Shown here: positions 60,286-64,000 of the stretch, in pieces
Numbering within the stretch: position 1 is the first letter of the stretch
Layout: each line of letters opens with the position of its first letter
From: an uncultured Bacillales bacterium
GTDB lineage: Bacteria; Bacillota_I; Bacilli_A; RFN20; CAG-826
Direction: 5' to 3'
Length of the DNA: 64,000 nucleotides
NCBI GenBank assembly: GCA_946185585.1
Contig: CAMHJP010000001.1
Span: forward strand, 15,646-79,645
Notes under the pieces: generated by a model
What the model was told of the DNA's origin: nothing
The model's input: only the letters and a program-made list of their open reading frames with translations
The model's database searches: none
Program-made: the position numbers and the translations under genes

Positions 60286-60888
60286 GTGAATAATGTTATC
60301 ATATTTAAGATAAAAATGAGTAAGAACATTGAAATTGAAGCTAAAGGTAAATTAACAAAAGAAGAATACGAGAAAATCATCGCTTCTTTTTCTCATCCCC
60401 GTTTTCAATATCAAACGAATTTTTATATCGATTCTCCTTCATTCGAATTAAGCAAAGAATCTTTAGGATTACGCATCAGAAAAGAGAAGGATTTACTCGA
60501 ACTCACAATGAAGGTTCCAAGTGAAGAAGGAAGGCTGGAAATTAACCAGAAATTAAGTCCAAAAGAATTCGAAAATTTTCTCTTTAATAACGAGTTTCCA
60601 AGTGGCGAAATAAATCGGTATTTGCACATAAATTATCCAAAAATTGCTGGTGATTTTTCAATTTTCGGTACTCTTCATAACCAACGTTTAACACTTGAAA
60701 TTGATGATGGAGAAATCGCTATTGATCACTTCACTTATTTTGATCAGGAAGAGTACGAAATTGAGTGCGAATCTTCCTCGATGAAAAATGCCGAAAAGTT
60801 GCTCAAAGAGTATCTTGAAAAGTTCGGAATCAAGTATCAAAAAAACACGTCCACTAAACTAGAACGTGTTATTAACTTGGTCAAATAA
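60286..60888 (+). CDS. CYTH-domain protein (triphosphate tunnel metalloenzyme, YjbK-like)
   Basis: 200 aa. The N-terminal EIEAK (ExExK) signature marks a CYTH domain. Confidence 0.75.
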   Translation: MNNVIIFKIKMSKNIEIEAKGKLTKEEYEKIIASFSHPRFQYQTNFYIDSPSFELSKESLGLRIRKEKDLLELTMKVPSEEGRLEINQKLSPKEFENFLFNNEFPSGEINRYLHINYPKIAGDFSIFGTLHNQRLTLEIDDGEIAIDHFTYFDQEEYEIECESSSMKNAEKLLKEYLEKFGIKYQKNTSTKLERVINLVK

Positions 60889-61302
60889 CTAATTTGACTT
60901 CTTTAAAGTTTCACAAACATCATCGGAACAGTTGATTTCGATGAATTTTTTAGCTCGAGGAATAAATGTTGTCATTTCGTCAGCATCATAGCCAACTTGA
61001 ATATGACGATCATCGACAACAATTGGTCGGCGTAAAACGGATGGGTTTTCTCTTACGAAGGCAATCATTTGGGAAATCGTCATGTTGTCTAAATCAACAT
61101 TTTGTTCCTTCATGATTTTGCTTTTCTTCGCAATAATGTCTTCGGTTCCGTTTTCGCTCTTCTCTAGAATTTCTTTTAGTTCAGCGTCATTGATTCCCGA
61201 CTTAAAAATGTTCTTTTCTTCAAAAGGAATGTGTTGTTCATTAAACCACTGCTTCACTTTTCGGCAAGAACTACAAGTTGGAGAAACATAGACCTTAATC
61301 AT
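60889..61302 (-). CDS. spx: Spx-family (ArsC-fold) transcriptional regulator
   Basis: 137 aa beginning MIKVYVSPTCSSCRK with ...LRRPIVVDD...QVGY, which aligns closely to B. subtilis Spx. Confidence 0.85.
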   Translation of the reverse strand: MIKVYVSPTCSSCRKVKQWFNEQHIPFEEKNIFKSGINDAELKEILEKSENGTEDIIAKKSKIMKEQNVDLDNMTISQMIAFVRENPSVLRRPIVVDDRHIQVGYDADEMTTFIPRAKKFIEINCSDDVCETLKKSN

Positions 61303-61347
61303 GCTATTTATTGTATATTTTAATGCTTAAAAGTCAATTATATAAAA

Positions 61348-61376
61348 TTGACAATACACATTAGTGTTAGTATAAT
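61348..61376 (+). promoter_or_regulatory. Consensus sigma-A promoter for trpS (TTGACA, 17-nt spacer, TATAAT)
   Basis: TTGACA at 61348-61353 and TATAAT at 61371-61376. A GTCAATT-atata-AATTGAC inverted repeat overlaps the -35 box. Confidence 0.6.
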
Positions 61377-61401
61377 CTACACATTATTTGGAGGAAAAAC
61401 T

Positions 61402-62385
61402 ATGGATCGTATTCTTAGCGGTATTAAACCTACCGGCCAATTAACATTAGGCAATTATATTGGTGCTATTAAAAACTTTGCGAAGGTTCAAGAAGAAGGA
61501 GATGCTTATCTCTTTATCGCTGACCTTCATGCTTTAACGCTACCAATTGATCCAGATTTCTTAAGAAATAACTCCAGAGATTTAGCTGCTTATTATTTAG
61601 CTGCTGGTCTTGATCCAAAGAAAACAACTATCTTCCTCCAAAGCGATGTTCCAGCTCATTCTGAGCTAGCAATCATTCTTCAAAACTATCTTTACATGGG
61701 CGAACTTTCTCGTATGACCCAATTCAAAGATAAGTCTGCGAAAATGAAAGACGAAGCCATAGGCTTAGGTTTATTTGCTTATCCTGTTTTAATGGCTGCC
61801 GACATTGTCATCTATGATGCCAAACGTATTCCTGTTGGTGAAGACCAACTTCAACACATTGAACTTGCTCGTGATTTAGTCCACCGCTTTAACAATCGTT
61901 ATGGCGAGACTTTAGTCATGCCAAAAGGCGAAATGGTTAAAGTTGGAAGTCGTATTATGTCCCTTTCTGATCCAACTAAAAAGATGTCTAAATCTGATCC
62001 AAAAGGAGACATTTATTTAAATGACTCCTTAGAAGTGATGAGAAAGAAAATCATGTCTGCCGTTACCGACATGGAAGCTCGCGTCCATTATGACGTTGAA
62101 AAACAACCTGGAATTTCTAACTTAATGACAATCATGTCAGCCTTAACTGGTAAGTCATTCGAACAAATTGAAAAAGAATTCGAAGGCAAGGGTTATGGCG
62201 ACTTTAAGCGTGCGGTTGCGGATGCTGTTTGCGCAGAGATGGGACCATACAAAGCGCATTATGAAGAAATCATTAAATCGGGCTTAGTTGATCAAGTCTT
62301 AGCTGATGGAGCAAAACGTGCTTCAGTTGTTGCTAATGCAACATTAAAGAGAGTCCAAAAAGCTGTTGGACTTTATAACAAATAA
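61402..62385 (+). CDS. trpS: Tryptophanyl-tRNA synthetase
   Basis: Begins MDRILSGIKPTGQLTLGNYIGA, with KMSKS. A GGAGG RBS lies 7 nt upstream. The ORF-track start at 61348 runs into the promoter. Confidence 0.95.
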   Translation: MDRILSGIKPTGQLTLGNYIGAIKNFAKVQEEGDAYLFIADLHALTLPIDPDFLRNNSRDLAAYYLAAGLDPKKTTIFLQSDVPAHSELAIILQNYLYMGELSRMTQFKDKSAKMKDEAIGLGLFAYPVLMAADIVIYDAKRIPVGEDQLQHIELARDLVHRFNNRYGETLVMPKGEMVKVGSRIMSLSDPTKKMSKSDPKGDIYLNDSLEVMRKKIMSAVTDMEARVHYDVEKQPGISNLMTIMSALTGKSFEQIEKEFEGKGYGDFKRAVADAVCAEMGPYKAHYEEIIKSGLVDQVLADGAKRASVVANATLKRVQKAVGLYNK

Positions 62386-63197
62386 TGGTCAAAACTGATA
62401 AGCCTTATTTAATTGCATTTGATATGGACGGTACTCTTTTAAACGAGAGAAAGTCCATTTCTTTTAGAACAAAAAAATACCTACAAAAGTTAGCTAAGCA
62501 AGGACATAAAATTATTCTTGCTTCTGGTCGTCCAAGTCGAGCCTTATATAAGTACTACAATCAATTAAAAATTGATACTCCAATGATTTGTTATAACGGA
62601 GCATACTATTTTTCACCTGTTGATAAGAACTTCAAAGCCGTAGCTTTTGAGTTCCCAAGAAAGGTCATTATTGAAGTTATCGAAGCGATTAAACCATACG
62701 TTTATAACGTCATGTGTGAAACTGATGATGAAATTTGGATCGATAAACCAGATTCTTATCTGGATAAGTTCTTTTGGTATAAAAACATGACTCTTCATTA
62801 TGGGGAACTCAAAGACACTCTTGATAAAGATCCAATGACTTGTATCGTTCAAACTCCATTTGAATATCGCGAAACAAAAGAAATCGAGAAAATTTTAGAA
62901 AAGTATCCAGAAATTGCTGCACGATTCTGGACAGGTTCGCCTTATTTTGAACTCCACTACAAAACCACATCTAAGGCAACTGCTCTAAAAGCAATTGGAG
63001 AGTACTATAACATCCCAAAAGAAAGAACAATCGCCTTTGGTGACTCTACTAATGATATTGAAATGTTTGAGTATGCCGGTATCTCTGTGGCAATGAAAAA
63101 TTGTAAGGGCGGAATTGATAAAAAAGCCACCACAGTTTCCATTAAAGATAACGACCATAACGGCATTTATCACACACTTAAAAAATTATTAAAATAA
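62385..63197 (+). CDS. Cof-type HAD-IIB hydrolase
   Basis: 270 aa beginning LIAFDMDGTLL with ...GDSTNDIEMF. Confidence 0.85.
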   Translation: MVKTDKPYLIAFDMDGTLLNERKSISFRTKKYLQKLAKQGHKIILASGRPSRALYKYYNQLKIDTPMICYNGAYYFSPVDKNFKAVAFEFPRKVIIEVIEAIKPYVYNVMCETDDEIWIDKPDSYLDKFFWYKNMTLHYGELKDTLDKDPMTCIVQTPFEYRETKEIEKILEKYPEIAARFWTGSPYFELHYKTTSKATALKAIGEYYNIPKERTIAFGDSTNDIEMFEYAGISVAMKNCKGGIDKKATTVSIKDNDHNGIYHTLKKLLK

Positions 63198-63221
63198 CCA
63201 GCAATTCTTGGTTAAAATGAA

Positions 63222-63252
63222 AAATCACACGTAATTTGCGTATGATTTTTTC
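63222..63252. terminator. Hairpin terminator between convergent HAD and rluA-family genes
   Basis: aaaAATCACACGtaatttGCGTATGATTttttct. Confidence 0.5.
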
Positions 63253-63253
63253 T

Positions 63254-64000
63254 TTATAGTTTAGCGAGGATGTCTTCCTCTTTTTTTGGCAATGGAGCGG
63301 TTAATGTTTTATTAGATAAATAAGATAATTTTCCTTTAATGTTTTTAAACCTAATTTGGTATGCGTGAAGGAATTGATTATCGAATTTATAGAGATCTTT
63401 AAATTCTTTATTTAATTGGAAGTCTCCGTATTTACTATCGCCAACAACTGGGAATCCTTTACTAGCTAAATGGACTCTAATTTGATGTGTTCTTCCAGTA
63501 AAGATTTGGACTTTCACTAATGAGAGGTCGTCATAGTACTTATAAGGTTCAACTCTTGTTAAAGCAGATTTACCTTGCTTAGAGATTTTTACTAAACCAG
63601 TTTTCTCATCTTTAAGAAGTGGGGCGTCAATCATCATCACTTCATCTAGATGACCTTTAACTAATGCTAGATAGATTTTATCTATCTCTTCTTTGTCCTT
63701 AAATAAATCTTCTAATATTTGAAGACTTTCTAGATTCTTCGCGAAAAGAACTAATCCACTAGTGTTTCGATCTAACCGGTGTGCTGGAGCAGGTCTAAAT
63801 GCCTGGTTCTCTTTTGGATCATATTCACCTTTGAAATAAAGATAATTTAAAACTTCGTTCGCTAAAGTTACGCGTTGTTCATCTTTATCTCCATGAACAA
63901 GTAATCCGCGAGGTTTATTAATCACGAGAATGTTCTCATCTTCATAAATGATTGGATGATTTAAAGATACTTTCTCGACTTTTCTTGGTTGATTGAATTC
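63254..64000 (-). CDS. RluA-family pseudouridine synthase (RluD-like), N-terminus beyond window end
   Basis: HRLDRNTSGLVLFAKN catalytic motif. The frame stays open upstream of the ORF-track GTG (IIYEDENILVINKPRGLLVHG) to the window edge. Confidence 0.85.
   Translation of the reverse strand, partial: EFNQPRKVEKVSLNHPIIYEDENILVINKPRGLLVHGDKDEQRVTLANEVLNYLYFKGEYDPKENQAFRPAPAHRLDRNTSGLVLFAKNLESLQILEDLFKDKEEIDKIYLALVKGHLDEVMMIDAPLLKDEKTGLVKISKQGKSALTRVEPYKYYDDLSLVKVQIFTGRTHQIRVHLASKGFPVVGDSKYGDFQLNKEFKDLYKFDNQFLHAYQIRFKNIKGKLSYLSNKTLTAPLPKKEEDILAKL

Overview
This 64-kb window reads as a low-GC (about 35% GC) Firmicutes chromosomal segment made almost entirely of housekeeping genes. Gene order partly mirrors three Bacillus subtilis neighbourhoods: ezrA-rpsD-tyrS, the ylo block (rqcH, gmk, rsmB, rlmN, stp, prkC, rsgA, rpe, rpmB) and the ylb block (ylbF-like, rsmD, coaD).

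Supported content:
- A complete F1Fo ATP synthase operon, atpIBEFHAGDC.
- A glgC-glgD-glgA glycogen cluster fused without spacing to leuS-coaX-pepV-trmB-pncB.
- Four aminoacyl-tRNA synthetase genes (tyrS, leuS, proS, trpS), none with room for a T-box leader.
- Glycolytic and nucleotide genes (a PPi-type pfk, a udk fusion, gmk, rdgB, maf, NUDIX), RNase J, def and trxA.
- Four tRNA genes: Asp-GTC, Gly-TCC, Ser-GCT and Ser-CGA.
- Many rho-independent terminators, several built on a recurring hairpin sequence.

The only clearly mobile DNA is one IS608-like IS200/IS605 element (tnpA plus tnpB) inserted at the 3' end of maf. Its left- and right-end hairpin sequences are homologous, and the right end is a plausible omega-RNA region.

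No CRISPR array, prophage or recognisable defence island was found. The most unusual observations are:
- Several pseudo-enzyme-like genes: a degenerate RsmB, a degenerate EAL domain protein and a Cys-less PTS EIIB-like protein.
- A cytoplasmic PrkC-like kinase with no PASTA or transmembrane region.
- A near-consensus cre site upstream of pfk, with a CcpA-like regulator encoded in the same window.
- An uncharacterised 372-aa protein made as the last gene of a pepP-glpK operon.

I did not recognise a coherent new multi-gene system. All calls rest on motif recognition from translated ORFs, without any database search.
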